From: Balanoglossus misakiensis
Taxonomy: Eukaryota > Animalia > Hemichordata
DNA: 64,000 nucleotides
Direction of reading: 5' to 3'
NCBI GenBank assembly: GCA_040954595.2
Contig: CM082587.2
Coordinates: forward strand, 5,072,206-5,136,205
This document shows positions 29,451 through 42,500 of the stretch, piece after piece; the stretch's first letter is position 1; each line of letters begins with the position of its first letter. The notes below the pieces were generated by a model. The model was given only the letters and a program-made list of their open reading frames with translations. It was not told the DNA's origin and did not search any database. The position numbers were made by a program, and so were the translations under genes.

Positions 29451-30749
29451 CTATATTGCGAGGAATCCTGCTACGGCATCGTATGCAGCGTTCTCGTACC
29501 ACCCGCCAAAGTCGACGCCGTCGGCTCCTCCCGTTTGAGTGGCGACTTCTTTTGAGTGTGCGTCGTTCTTCTCCCGGTCTGCAGTTGGTGTTGAAACTGT
29601 CGGTTTGGATGAAATCATCACGGGTCTTCGGTCTTCTGGAGGCGGGCGACGTTCTTCCTCGGCGTCTGCAGTTGGTGTATTCGACGGTTTGGATGAAATG
29701 CGTCCCGGTTCATCTGAAGGCATGCGTCGTTCCTTCTGGCGGTCATGCTGTCTGTTGTTAGCCTTCCCGGCTGGCTGGGCATCGTCGCGCGCTGGCGAGC
29801 AGGTCAAGATACTGACGAACTCCCGGCGGAAGTTGCTGCCGAAAATCGCGTAGACGAGAGGATTGATCCAGCTGTTTGCAATGGCAAGGGGAGCAGTGAA
29901 TGCCTGTAGAATAGTGTAAGTAGCTCTGGATATGATACCTTTCAGACTGTAGAACAGTATCCGTCGAACGCGGAGAGGACTCCAGGTTATAGCAAACATC
30001 GCAACCACCACTACCAGCATTTTGACTGCGCGTCGCTTTCGTCGTCGGGACTGGTCGTTTGGCGAGTTTCCCAAGTACAAAACCGAGATCATCTTGGCAT
30101 ATAGTACGCATATGATCAGCAAAGGCAAGAAATACGTGAAAACAAACTCTGCTATCACGATTGTGCCTATGTCGTACTCGCCTTCCACGTACTGGCAGCT
30201 TTTTTTCGTAACATTCTGTCCACCAACTGAAACGGTCTTAGAGACGATGCCGGTGGAGGGTATGTAATTGCTGGATAAAGCGAACGATGTAACCCACGCC
30301 AGAACGATCATCCCCCAGGCCTGTCTGGCGGTTATCTTTCGCTTCGTCGGCGTGACGATGGCGCGGTAGCGATCGATGGCGATGCAAAGAAGCAAGAAGA
30401 TGGTTGCGTTTATGAAGGTCCACGACACGGTGGTGCCGGCCTTACAGAGGAACTCCGTGGCAAGACCTTCGGAATCGAACAATCTGGCCAGTCCGATCGG
30501 GTTGTACAGGACCCCGACACCAATGTCGGATACGGAGACCGAGGCGATGAAGAGGTTGGTCGCCGACTTCCTCAACTTCTGTTGGCGAAAAACGGCGACG
30601 ATGACCAGCAGGTTACCGAACAGGATCAGTACAGTGCTTCCCGAAGTTGTACCAACAAGAATCCAACGTGCGAGACTGCCTGATTCTCTCGGCGTTTGGA
30701 CTTCGGGGTCTATGAATGTGTCGTTGCTGACGTGATCGTTGAGCAACAT
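29451..30749 (-). CDS. Intronless class A (rhodopsin-like) GPCR, neuropeptide-receptor-like orphan, ~432 aa
   Basis: Seven hydrophobic segments: TM1 GN, TM2 SxSD, TM3 C..IAIDRY, TM4 W, ECL2 Cys, TM5 FLP, TM6 FAITWSP, TM7 NSWINPLVY; N-glycan site NDT in the N-terminus. Start taken at MLLND (30749); an in-frame upstream ATG exists at 30851. Confidence 0.92.
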   Translation of the reverse strand: MLLNDHVSNDTFIDPEVQTPRESGSLARWILVGTTSGSTVLILFGNLLVIVAVFRQQKLRKSATNLFIASVSVSDIGVGVLYNPIGLARLFDSEGLATEFLCKAGTTVSWTFINATIFLLLCIAIDRYRAIVTPTKRKITARQAWGMIVLAWVTSFALSSNYIPSTGIVSKTVSVGGQNVTKKSCQYVEGEYDIGTIVIAEFVFTYFLPLLIICVLYAKMISVLYLGNSPNDQSRRRKRRAVKMLVVVVAMFAITWSPLRVRRILFYSLKGIISRATYTILQAFTAPLAIANSWINPLVYAIFGSNFRREFVSILTCSPARDDAQPAGKANNRQHDRQKERRMPSDEPGRISSKPSNTPTADAEEERRPPPEDRRPVMISSKPTVSTPTADREKNDAHSKEVATQTGGADGVDFGGWYENAAYDAVAGFLAI

Positions 30750-31132
30750 CACTGCGGCTTCGTAGACCTTCTTGACAGCGATGGCTAGACGGACGAAACT
30801 GCGCCAGCCGCAGACCACAAAATGTGAAATATATATGTATGTACCAATCATATTCCCTGATATAAGTTGTTATTAAAGAATCGAAGAGATTGCGCCAATC
30901 AGGAATCGTTGTATTATATTATAGTAGACGCGCATTTACACATTTATCATAATACTATTGCAATATTACTCGGCCTACGCAATCTTCATGACGCATTCGA
31001 TACACGTCATAATAATTGCTGCCTTGACCGTGATGTTGAAATGATTTAGACAAATGCATTTCAGAGTATTGGAAATTTCAATTTCGTCAAGTAATCACCA
31101 AACTTATGTGGTGTATATTTCTCTGATGTACA

Positions 31133-31460
31133 GCTGTAAAAGCTTGCAACTCATGTGTGTACTTTCGACTACATATTCTGGAGCACTCAGCTAACGTACG
31201 TTTCCATTGGGAAGTTGTTGATTGTATTGATGGAAAAGTTGAATCTTGTGTTCCGTAACATGTACAGCCTACAACAAATTTTGACTGCAAAGTCGGCACA
31301 TCCTAAGGATGTAGTCACATGCCATTGTGCCTTTTACAAAACTGGTTTGTATTAATGGACAGCATTGCAAAGTTTTTCAAGATCATGCAAAGCTTAGAAA
31401 TTTATTCAGAATATTAACGCCTTCAGCCTCGGGTACCCGTTGAATAGTGAATTTCAAAGG
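31133..31460 (+). repeat. ~330-bp dispersed repeat, copy 2 (same orientation as 28073-28398)
   Basis: Direct repeat of copy 1. Confidence 0.85.
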
Positions 31461-32224
31461 TTATAAGTTTACGTCGTAATCTTCGATGGATTTGATAAAA
31501 TCGGTGAACGTGACTGAGTCGCACGCTAATTTAGAAGATATTATTTTCAGCCTTCATAGAAATCACCTTGCATCCCACACGAAGAGATCATTTGACAAAT
31601 GGCTCGGATCTATCTTGGCAGGGTATCCTATTTCTTCAAAGACGCAACCCCCAGGTTATAAGTGTTGTTCATTGAAACCGAAATTTCAAGGTTCGCGGTC
31701 ACAGGGAAAATAGATGTTCACATGCTGTTCCCGCGTTCACTGCATGGCACCTTCATGCGGACAACCTTGAGCAAAGACCTGTAGTGTTCATAATATAGTC
31801 TTTGTTTCCTTCACTCAGCCTATGACGTACTTGTAATTGGAGGTGGGCACATGTAATAAGTGTGCCCCTATGTTCCTAAACTTTTTCAGACGTACAGAAT
31901 GACACGACTGGCTTATTTTATGGATAGAGGCAGCAAGAATACAAGTACAGAAATCAGGTAAATATTTACACTTAGGAGGCCCATCAGTTCTGTGACTGAG
32001 TGTCGTGAATTTTTAATAAAAGCTCTTCACCATGCATTACACGGGTTTGCTCATTCTGTGTAGCTTGATTTGAGGATGAATCAAATACAGATATCATTAT
32101 TATATTAAATACAATAAATTATTGTTGTTTAAAAACACAGAGATCCGGCAAGTCCCGTATAATGAAACCCATAGTTTACAGCATATCACGGCATGACCGT
32201 TCAGGTATTGGCCGTCACAGAATT

Positions 32225-33541
32225 TCATTTGATGTAGAATTCTACAAAGCTAAGCGACTTTGTATGCAGGGAGGAGAACATTCCGATGTGCGTGAATAAA
32301 TTGGGCATGGCAAGGTACTGCGTTGCCCCCGACTCCTCCACAAAATCTGCCAGGGCAAAGTCCAGTGGATAACGTCCCCTCACGTTGGCAGCTTCGAGAT
32401 AATGGATGATGTCAGAAACCATGATGCTTGGGTACAGCACCGCAGTCAGGCAGCACGATGTCGCCGGGCGGATGGAGTGATGAAACAACGAACGCAAGCG
32501 AAGAAACTGTTGCCGGCCAACCGCCTGCGACAAGATACCGAAGTAAACGAAACTTGTCAAGAATACAGCGTAGGTCCATTGAAGACCGACGCTTGACCCT
32601 TGCCTCCATAGAGTTTCATACAGCAAGGAGACCACGCTGGCTCCTACTATTGCTATGGAAACGCCTTCCAAAAGGAACCACCAGTGCGCCTCGAAGCCAG
32701 CGAGTGGCGTCGGGAAATTCAGCTTGACGTAGGCCCATTTCTCATTGTTCCCAATGTATTCTCCGCGTGCGTATCGCCGTTCAACCCGGTTTTCTAATAG
32801 GCTGTTCAGATCTTCGTAGAAGCCGTCGTGAGGTAGGGCATCGTCCTGCAGGAACAGCACGTACTTTGATTTGTATTGCAGCGTCCAGTTCAGACAGAAC
32901 ACGTAATCATCCCTCTCCTTGGTGAGACAGTCGTTATTCAGACAAGGCGGATTTTTAACAACGCTACTCTTGTTCACCATTGGGAAATACTTGGAGAGCT
33001 CTATGGCTTCTGCGTGGGCAGTCGGGTTGCTGTCCACGTTACAGATAATTATCTTATTGTTATGTTGGTGTCTGTGCCGTCTCAGGCCGATGTCGACGCG
33101 CGACAGACCCTGGGTTAGGTACTTCGGGTTGATGTCCACGTTTTTGTTCTTGGTGCGTGCCACCGTAACCACGGCAACCACCATGTGTACGTCTTCAGCT
33201 CCGCCCGGCGTGTACCGGTACTGACCGAGAGTGGACGCTGCGTCCAGACTCTTCAGGTAATCTTCGGCGGCTTTGACTCGGTTTTCGTTCGCCGCCAGGG
33301 CCATCTGGAAATCCCTCTGCTGATCGGCGACGTAGTACCCGGAGTACGGCAGTCGGTCGCACAGCGCCGGCATCACGATCAGAAACGTCGCGGCGTACAC
33401 AAAGAGCGCGACGGAGACATGTCTGCAGAACAGCTTTTTAAAGCGCAGGCTCCGCCGGCAACTGCAACAGCGGCAGTTCGAGTTGCAGCTGCTTATGTTT
33501 CGCCAGATGCTTCTGCATGTAGTGACTTGCAGCCGTTTCAT
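32225..33541 (-). CDS. PGAP4: PGAP4/TMEM246-like GPI-specific GalNAc transferase, single coding exon, 438 aa
   Basis: N-terminal TM, VVAVVTVAR, YLTQ, ICNVD, KExxDYVFCL, LFLQDDA, YVKL, two internal TMs, GRQ, SCC..AVLYP and PNLFTHIGMFSSL, the motif order I recognise for the PGAP4 family. Confidence 0.88.
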   Translation of the reverse strand: MKRLQVTTCRSIWRNISSCNSNCRCCSCRRSLRFKKLFCRHVSVALFVYAATFLIVMPALCDRLPYSGYYVADQQRDFQMALAANENRVKAAEDYLKSLDAASTLGQYRYTPGGAEDVHMVVAVVTVARTKNKNVDINPKYLTQGLSRVDIGLRRHRHQHNNKIIICNVDSNPTAHAEAIELSKYFPMVNKSSVVKNPPCLNNDCLTKERDDYVFCLNWTLQYKSKYVLFLQDDALPHDGFYEDLNSLLENRVERRYARGEYIGNNEKWAYVKLNFPTPLAGFEAHWWFLLEGVSIAIVGASVVSLLYETLWRQGSSVGLQWTYAVFLTSFVYFGILSQAVGRQQFLRLRSLFHHSIRPATSCCLTAVLYPSIMVSDIIHYLEAANVRGRYPLDFALADFVEESGATQYLAMPNLFTHIGMFSSLHTKSLSFVEFYIK

Positions 33542-33630
33542 AATGTTGAGGAAAGACTCTTTGTCACAAGTCAGAAATCCGTCCCATCAGCAGAACTACA
33601 TCTGTGCTGTACACTTGACCATACATAGCC

Positions 33631-34123
33631 CTGAGAATTTGGAAATAAAAAGCCCAAAGTTAACATAAAAAGCCAGAATGCTGATCTATACCATTTTCTC
33701 TGTTTCTTTCCTGCTATGACCAGTCATAGAATAAAGGAAAGACCCACATACATGTATACATGTAGATGAACAGAGCGCCACCATACGACTGACTTGCCCC
33801 CCTCCCTCCCCCCCCCCCACCCACATACATACACACACACATACATGTATTACCGTCACAACCTGTCAATGTATTGAATAAGGTATAGGGGTTCTCAAAT
33901 TATCAGGTGTGTGCGGTCAAAACTGAGCATCAAAAGTCAGTGAGTAACTGCGCTATACCTACGTAGGCCTACGTACAAAACGCGGCCATTGCATGTCAAT
34001 GCCACGCTGACCTCAAAACCAAACCCACGTACGGCAACGCCCTTTCCCCCGAAAAATGTCCGATCAGAAATACAGTTACAAGTACAATGTATAGTAGTAC
34101 ATGTACATGTATTTACAACTTAC
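33631..34123 (-). other. Putative 5' UTR intron of PGAP4
   Basis: Minus-strand donor TGG|GTAAGT at 34123 and acceptor ttttatttccaaattctcAG at 33631. Confidence 0.55.
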
Positions 34124-34129
34124 CCAACA

Positions 34130-34680
34130 TGGCTGGTTCACTTTGCTGAATTGAAGTCGTCTATCCAGGCCCCCTAACTACAGAACGACGGGATGATACA
34201 CATTACAGGTCACTCCCAAGGTCATAACGATTAATGGCGCTATACCATTATACATGTAGTATTTCCAATCGATTACGTGTATAGCCAATCACCTATCGTG
34301 TTATGTCATAGGTGAGATAACAGACACGGTTAACAGTCTCGTGATTAGCGACGCGACATGCGTGGCATACACTGCCAGTCAGACTAAAAAAGGCTGATTT
34401 GCATTCACTATTCGCCCAGAAGTGTTTGTCTTTTAGAACACGGTCGCCATGCAATGGAAACTGCCAAGTTAATAAATTACCTGCCGCATCAGGTGAAACC
34501 CAGGCCGGACGTAAAACTAATACAGATGACAAGAAAAGACCAACGACTGATGTCATAAAAGCGCTCACTGCAAAGAGATTTTCCTCCAGTGCTTTGACGG
34601 TTCACGCATGGAATTCTTAAGCCTTGCGCATGACCGGTTTAAACATTTCAGTTGACTTCCGCAGTCGGTCGCAGCATGGA
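34130..34680. promoter_or_regulatory. Probable bidirectional promoter between PGAP4 (-) and AXDND1 (+)
   Basis: Head-to-head genes; NRF1-like TGCGCATG (~34625) and ETS-like ACTTCCG (~34655) motifs; CpG-richer than flanks. Confidence 0.45.
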
Positions 34681-36517
34681 CGTCGCAGGTTGTGCCCTTT
34701 GATCTCTCGTGAACACCTCAGGCCAAACATAAGCGGTATCATGATCAGCGCCTAATCCAGAATGCAAGCTGTCGAAAAAAAGAACCAGCTGCTGAATTTA
34801 CTTAATCTGTTGACCCATCACCGCATTAAGTAGATAAAATCAACACCCGGCGAACCACCTTTACTTGTCCGACATTTGTTCAACGGGTGTTTGTTGGTCT
34901 CGTACCAGCAAACGCGTTGACATAATAGAGTCTACTTGTGGTAACATAGCGATGTAGAAAATTCCTCTTGATCAAAACTTATGTACATGCGCACAACCTT
35001 GCGAGAGCGTTATATCGCACACGTATAAACTGTGGTGAGAATTTACTTGCGTTAGATGATTCTCTGGGATCTACATTGCCTTCTTTTATCAATACCAACA
35101 CACAGTGCATACCCCGACCTGCTTTAGATGGTACAGTATGGCACAATAATGTATTAAATTTCCTATGTATCTCATTTTTTTTCTGGACAGCTCTGTCTAG
35201 TTTTACTTTTAAGGAAAACACACAAAGAGAATGTTAATGTTATCTTTTTAGTTTTCATCTCAATTTACACCATAATGAAGGTGTAAAACACACATTGAAA
35301 GTGCTGCATGAAACTATCAATCATTCAGGAAAATTGTCTGGTAACTTATAAGGTTATCATCTATGCAGATATTGAGTCTCTTCAAATTGGCCACTCTAAA
35401 GGGGATGAACAGGACCCCGACACCGATGTCAGATATAGAGCGATGCAGTACAGCACAATAAAGTACAGTAAAGTATATCACCATAAGCTAGAACTAACCT
35501 GTTCACCGGGAGGGAAAAATGGAATTTTTTCTCGCATATACATGTATACGTTTTCAACAAACCTATAAACGCACGATGAACTATTTCAGATTTTTATTGT
35601 CAGTTAATTTCGGCTCGCGTAGAGAATTAAAAACGGTCGAGTAATTTAGGCCTATGCGAGAGCAGCATCTTCTACATACATAGTTCAGAATATTTGTGAC
35701 TCGGGCCCTTTTTCTACGGTCACCAATCTAAATTGATTTTAGCTCATAGGCACATGTGTGATGGATAGTCTCGCTTGCTCTTTCTAGGCTTGTGTTAGAT
35801 TGCACTGAGAATATTCGGTGAGGATATCCAACAAACACGTGCCTGATGCTCTCCCTATTGATGTTCACTTGTTGATTTCAGCACAGAGGGCGGGCTTTCT
35901 AGCAACCACCTGCCGTGGAGAAATGTTACAGCGAGCAATCAAACAATCGAACCTTGACAACAAAACAAACTTTACGCATGGATCATTTTGCAATTTCATG
36001 GAAGAAGAGGGAAAACCACCGCGTTTAACCTGAAAACGGAGGCGCATCTACGCATGCCGTTGATCTGATCTTCATTTTAGATGTCTGTTCAGTGATCGGG
36101 GCGAATTTCACTGGCATACACCGCCGATCGTGTTCGAAAGTTGGCCGCGTCGTCAGGTGTACGATAAACCGGAAGCTGCTTACAGGTGACCCAACCTCTT
36201 CTTGTGGACGCATCTTATGTGTGTTGATCACACTTTTAAAGACGATCGCCGAATATATTTCGTTTTTATGACTTGATGGGTTTACATGTGGACCGCTTCG
36301 ATGATGGATCGACGTTAGCGTTTCTGTCGTGACAGAGAACACTCCTGACATTTGTTATCACCGGAGTGCCCTCTCCGTCGACTCGTCTGCACGATCAAGA
36401 AGTCGAGGAAGGCAGAGTACGGATAACCCTAGCAATACCCATCAAAAACCTATTAATCATAGAGATTCCGCACCATTCCTACCAAATATTTGTGACGTCA
36501 ACTCTGTGTTTCCAGCG

Positions 36518-39500
36518 ATGTCGACTGCAGTCACCCAAAGGGTGGGCGGGGAGCTGTCGCTGGCCCCCAACCCACCCCCTGGAAGCCCCCATCAAAACAC
36601 AGGCAGAACGGACTCGAGACAGTCTGGCGCAAGCCAGCCAAAGGTCACCAAGATTGTACTCCCACATGAAGAAGGTATGATTTAATCAGTCATTTTTTGC
36701 AAATCTATTTCATAAGTTTACTATATTCAACAGGTGCATATATAACAATCACAGAGCCAGTGATATTGTCCCTAGGGGTTGGAGTTTAAGGTAAATGTGG
36801 GAAGGGTACTTGTAGGATAATTATTGGATAATCATAATGTCCAATGTAATATAATACATGTATTTTTATCATGAGAAGATGTCAGCAGTTACAGTAGGGT
36901 AACATACAGCATATTAAAACATTAATCAGTGAGAAAGGGGCAATGAAAAAAATCTCACACAAAGACTTGCGGAATTTCTACACAAGTTTGAAACTAGTAT
37001 TAGAATAGAACATGTCTGCTAGATTCCTCAGGGATACCAGATTTAGATTGATGAAAAGAGATGGAAATAAATCCCACAGAACTCATAGAATGAAACGAGA
37101 GCAGATTTTATAAAATGATATTTGGTAGGAAATTAATGGCTGAATTATCAGAGCTTTGTGGCCTTCCATTCTTTGATGCAGAAGCGCCGAGCCCACTACC
37201 TGAACTGAGGTCAAGTGACAGAGCCATTGACAAAAGGAGACCATTGCCAACGTCACTACAGAGCGAATTTATCCCAGAAGATATAATGATGGCCCTGACA
37301 CAGATACCGCAGCCGAACCAGGATAACTTGGCTGTGCCAACAAAATCAAAGGTAAAGATTTAAGACACTTGATGAATAGAAAAATATCCCGTAGGGTAAC
37401 ACAGGGATGTGAATCAGGGTACATGTGACTGCATATGATAACGACTACAGAGTGATCCCTTTCCATGATCATTAAAATTGTTGTCGTTATTTTTTTTACA
37501 GTCGGCAGCATCTAAAGGTATGGCAGCACCGGCAAACGTCTGGAATTTCCCCAACAGAAGGAAAAGATTCCAGCATCTCACGGAACAGCCGCAATCATGG
37601 ACAGGTGCCGGCAGGTGAGTGTTCATGATAGCACTGGTATAATGAGACTGAAAAAGTATGCTTGTTGCCCTGTGGTATAGATGAAAATTTAGTGGGCCAA
37701 TTATCTCGTGGACTGATGTCAGGCAAATCCAGTTATACAAGCATACAGTCACAAAAATCATGAGGTTTTTTTTATGGAGAAAACTGCAGTGCCTGAATAA
37801 TCAGTATACATGTACTGTGATGTCATATATTTCAGGGGTTTCTTGCGCTTTCAACTTGCATGTTTTCACTTCATACAACTGACTAGATATTTTGTTCATT
37901 TTCAGGGACATCTCATTTCTGTATGATGTCACTCAAGAAGTGCCCAAGCCACCACCGAGCGACCCTTTTGACAAAAGCTCCGTCCGTGCATCAGAAAAAT
38001 TCAAGGACACTTCCCAGGAGAGAAAGGTGAGTTTGCTCTTTCATTGGCTGAGTTCAAATGTCAAAGTGCAAGTTCAGGTTGGATTAATTCTATACAGTGG
38101 ACAACCTCTGTTGTTGTTTTTTGGTCTAATACACTTTTCGTTGCTTCTCATAGGGAATGAGTTTACCGGACACACTGATTCCTGAAGAATATCACATTGT
38201 CAAATCAAAGGGAGTTCAAGGTTTAGAATTTCATGATGAGTGAGTATAATTATTTTTTAATGTTAATTTGAACCTCTATAAAGAGAAATGAGGGTGAAAG
38301 GGTTAAACTCAAAACTGGGAAGAATATATCACAATGAATCAAAATAATATGTACTGGAAAAGTTTATCTCATTAGAATTGCATATTTTTGTTGTTTCCAG
38401 GAAATTCACAACACAAGTGACAGATGTGGATAAAAATCTGACAGTTTTTCCATCCATGTAAGTTTCTTCTGTTCAAAAGCTCTGTGACTATTTCTACAAC
38501 AGATTTACCATCTGTTAAAGAAACAAATTGTGTGTTTTTTCTATACACGTGGTTGATTTGATTATAACACTGAACCTTTTTAGATCAAGCACATTGGCAA
38601 ACCACACAAAATCGCCTTATTATTTTGTGTACCTTTCCACACAGGAAACCAGCCAGTAGATACGAAGTTGTACAGCTTTCACACGTGATGGATGATATGT
38701 TAGGGAAAGCTGGAATTGATGATGAAGAAATTGAGGTCAAGGGCCCAACACAAGTGCGTAAAAATCCAAAGTTTCAGATGTCATTGGTGCAGAATCTCAG
38801 TTTTGCTTATAATCTGTGGTATAAAGTCTTTTTTCTTGTCAGTATAGAAATGCACATGGACATTCATTTTAACAGTCGTGGCTTATTTTCTCGTTGTTTC
38901 ACCATTTCAGATGCATAACCTGCTGGAGCTGATTAAGAAGGAACAGAACATCTACAACATCGTCTTTCATGAAATAATCCGACAGGTCAGGTTGTTTTAC
39001 TATTGGTCATTCAAACATTCACACTGTATATGGGAACTTGATTGACAATAACTAAGAGAACCAGTATTTTCATTGTAAACTTCTCTCTGACTGACACCCA
39101 GTTCTTTGTCGACTTTACAATCAACAGGTCAGCGTCGAGTGTGCCGAAAGAGGGTCATTGCTGGCCAATCTCCGTGAGCGATACAGCAAACTTCTGGATA
39201 AAGTACCAAGACAAGTGAAGAGGTTTGTAGTGACATTCAGTAAATCGCTGCTTTAAAAATTCCCTCAGAAATTGTTGGGCCTATACCTTTTCAAAATCTT
39301 CTCATGAACAACTTCATAATACCCATCGGCCATCTTTCATTTCAGTCTCCACCAAGAAGTAATGGCACAGAGGGCCCTCGACAGACGACTGACAGAAGAG
39401 CTCCTCCGATTCAAGACGAACATATCAGAGCTGACGAGGTAAATAAATAATCCTTGAGGTTTTTCCCATTTCCGGGACATCCCCCCAGTCATACTGAATG

Positions 39501-42500
39501 AAATTCCATCTTTGAGTTTATCTCTCATATTCTCATGCTCGCACTTTTTGATGTATCGTTTTATCCTTCTTCCTTTCAGTGAGTTGTCTGATGTCAGAGA
39601 GCATGACAAGTTGGTCACCATGCAGGCAACACAGGCCCAGGAAGATGTAAGTACGGCCACTTGTTCTCTATGACACTTTATCTGCTGTTGAATGGGATTT
39701 CTTAATTCGTACAGTGCTGATCGAACACAGCCAGGTTAGTGTTGCTTTAACCCTGGATATTTCTGCTTTTTTCTTCCTTTGCTTTTTCACAGTTGAAATC
39801 GGCCCTTACAGAGTCTGAGAAGAATGCGGGGTAAGAGGCTTTTTTTATTTCATTGCACAATTCGGTCACACCAATAGTTGGTCAAGTCTGTTATGCTTTC
39901 TGTGTTATATCTAACCTGGTTCAATCCCGTTTGTTACGTCTTCCAGATTGTTGGCCGAATATCACGAACTGTATGAGCTGCAGCGAAAGCGACTGGAGCA
40001 ACAGGTGACCAGTCTGAAGGAGGAGAGAGAACTGTGGAGTAACGCTTCTTACAGTCTGGCTCTCAAGGTGCAGTGAAAGTCATATCGATGATAAAAATAA
40101 AGATAATTCCAGTTTCCAAAGACATTCATCAGCTTCATAGAGCCTGTATGAACATAGATAGACATCAGAGTGATCAGACTCATGAATCTTCTGTCTGAGA
40201 TAGACTGTTAGCCTATTTATTGACCTGAATAATTCATGGCGGGTGGCTTTGTTAACTGCTCTCTCTCTCTCTCTCTGTCTCAAGAAATTGTCCACTGATA
40301 TACGTGTTGTTATCATACAATTTTGATCTCTTCAGGTGACAGACGCCAACAGCTTGTCCACGGCCAAGAGGATCCACGTCACAGAGAAAGCCTGGTCCAA
40401 GCTGGCCACCCACTTCACCATCGTGCTCAGCGACAAGGACACAGAAGAGATGTCCACCCTGCAGGGCTTCGTGGACACCTTCCGGGACCTGATCGCGTCC
40501 TTCTATCAGCACCTGAAGAACAGCGATCAGACTACCAGGGATCGACTGAGACAGGTCAGGATGGGCATCGAGAGATGGATAGAGGAGTTTGCTGAAAACA
40601 TCATGTGAGTTGTTGCGTTACAAGTCGCCTTTTCGTTTTTTGTTCAGAAGAAAAAAACATTCGACTTCTCACAGTACATTACTAAGTTACCCGGTATATG
40701 AACACAAGAAATATATGTCAAATGTACAAGTTCATCTTCTCACAATACATAACTAAATTATACATAGAAAATGAAATGTGTCAAATTTATCATTCTACCA
40801 CTATAGGTTCCTCCTGTGTATTCCTATCTTTTTTACATTATTTTACATTCATTATGTTAATTTGCTGTTTACGTTTATCAGTTTTGGCAATCTTTGAGTT
40901 TATGGCTTGTTTAGTATTCAGCCTGTTTTGCAGCATTACCATTTAATTTGATTTCATCATGCATGGAAAGTGGTTCTTCTACCATAAACAGTTGACACTC
41001 AAAGGAGCCCTTAGCTTTCCAGGCCTTCAGTCAAGAACTTAGAAGAACTGTTTTGCATGAGATGAATCCAGTGTTCCCCCCTAAGGTTTTTGAGAGGACA
41101 AAACTGGATTTGAGTACTGTGACTCGAAAGGAATTTATGCGGAACATGATACATGGTACTTCCAGAGTGCACGACTAGTATGAAACCAAAAACCTTGTCG
41201 AGAACACTGGCCGAATCGCTTTCATTCATGTTTATGTTGCTTTACACACATTTTTGTTTCAATCCACACATCAAGCTCTCCTAAGGAGCCCAGCCATTCC
41301 CAAACTCCAGATACTTTCAGTACCTCCTATAGGCACTCGTCAATGAGGTGAGGTGGCCACAGGTCGACACGTGCGTGTGTGCCAAGTGTGTTTCCTACTG
41401 TGATGTTATACGCTTTTTTAGGTTGCCTGACTGCCTGACCCCGTCCACTGGAGACGTTCTTAACCGCATTTGGCCTAGAGCGCACGTACGCTTGTACACA
41501 TTGCAACAACAGAAGAAAAAAAACCCACCCCTGCTGAACATGGAAAATGGAATGCCCTTCCTCGCGAGGCCATTCCATTTTGCACAAAGGGGGAGTCACA
41601 CCCACAATGTCTGCTTTCACAGCAGTAATCTAACACGAGGGAATATTGGGTGTTTCCAAATAACGGTGCTGAAATGATTCTACTAACAAAATTGCATTTT
41701 TTTTTCTAACCCCGTCTTCTAATGGTGTGTATTGAACTAACAACATTGGCTTAACCTTTGTCAAGGGATTTGGTGTGAATTAATAATAATATATTTGCTA
41801 ATAGTAAGAACCAAAAAATATGCGCAAAAAGAAAACATCATTGAGCAAGGAAAATTTCTCTACAGAAAAAATTTAAAAAAAAATAAAAGAAATTGTATGT
41901 TTCTTTTCAGTGATGAGAAAAAACTAAAACTTTGTAACTTTTTCATTGATGTTGTTTGAATTTTGCATGAGATTGGTGGGGTACTTACAAATTTGCATGT
42001 TTTGGGGACGGAAGAGTGTGGACAGTTACAGGTAGTAACTTGGAAACAAAACTCTGGGAGAAAAAAATGAGATGGTATTAAGCTCATCTAACTGGCTATG
42101 CCATGCTGCCTCCACTAAACAATCATGGCAAAAACTATCATTTCGGGGAAAAAATCCTAAAAAAAAACTGGCCTGTATTGCATGCTGGGATGCTATGGTG
42201 AAACTAATTCATTTGCATACATTTGCATACCGGACCAAAGCAGCAGAAACAGACCAGCGAACTGTACTGAGTGAGTGGTTTGATTGTGTGTAGGTATGGA
42301 TTTTTTTTGCCGAGTTTCTAAATTTTGCAAGTTGCTTTTTTTTTGCCCTGCAGTGGAGTGCCACCGGATTACGCAGTCCGACCGCCTTCAAGAGAAGAGG
42401 TGGAAAAACTCTATGGGGACATTCGCTTCTGGGAGGAGGTAGGATGGTTTAATAAAGATTATGAAGCTTTTTCCGTTGTCATAAGGTACAATTCCTGAAG

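Noticed and set aside
29456-30735. Several + strand ORFs antisense to the GPCR (similar shadows over PGAP4 and the AXDND1 last exon)
   Set aside because: Shadow ORFs of GC-rich coding sequence with no independent motifs or splice signals
31590-31800. Possible tRNA-derived SINE (GGTTCG B-box-like, ccttgagcaa)
   Set aside because: Too degenerate; no A-box or cloverleaf could be established
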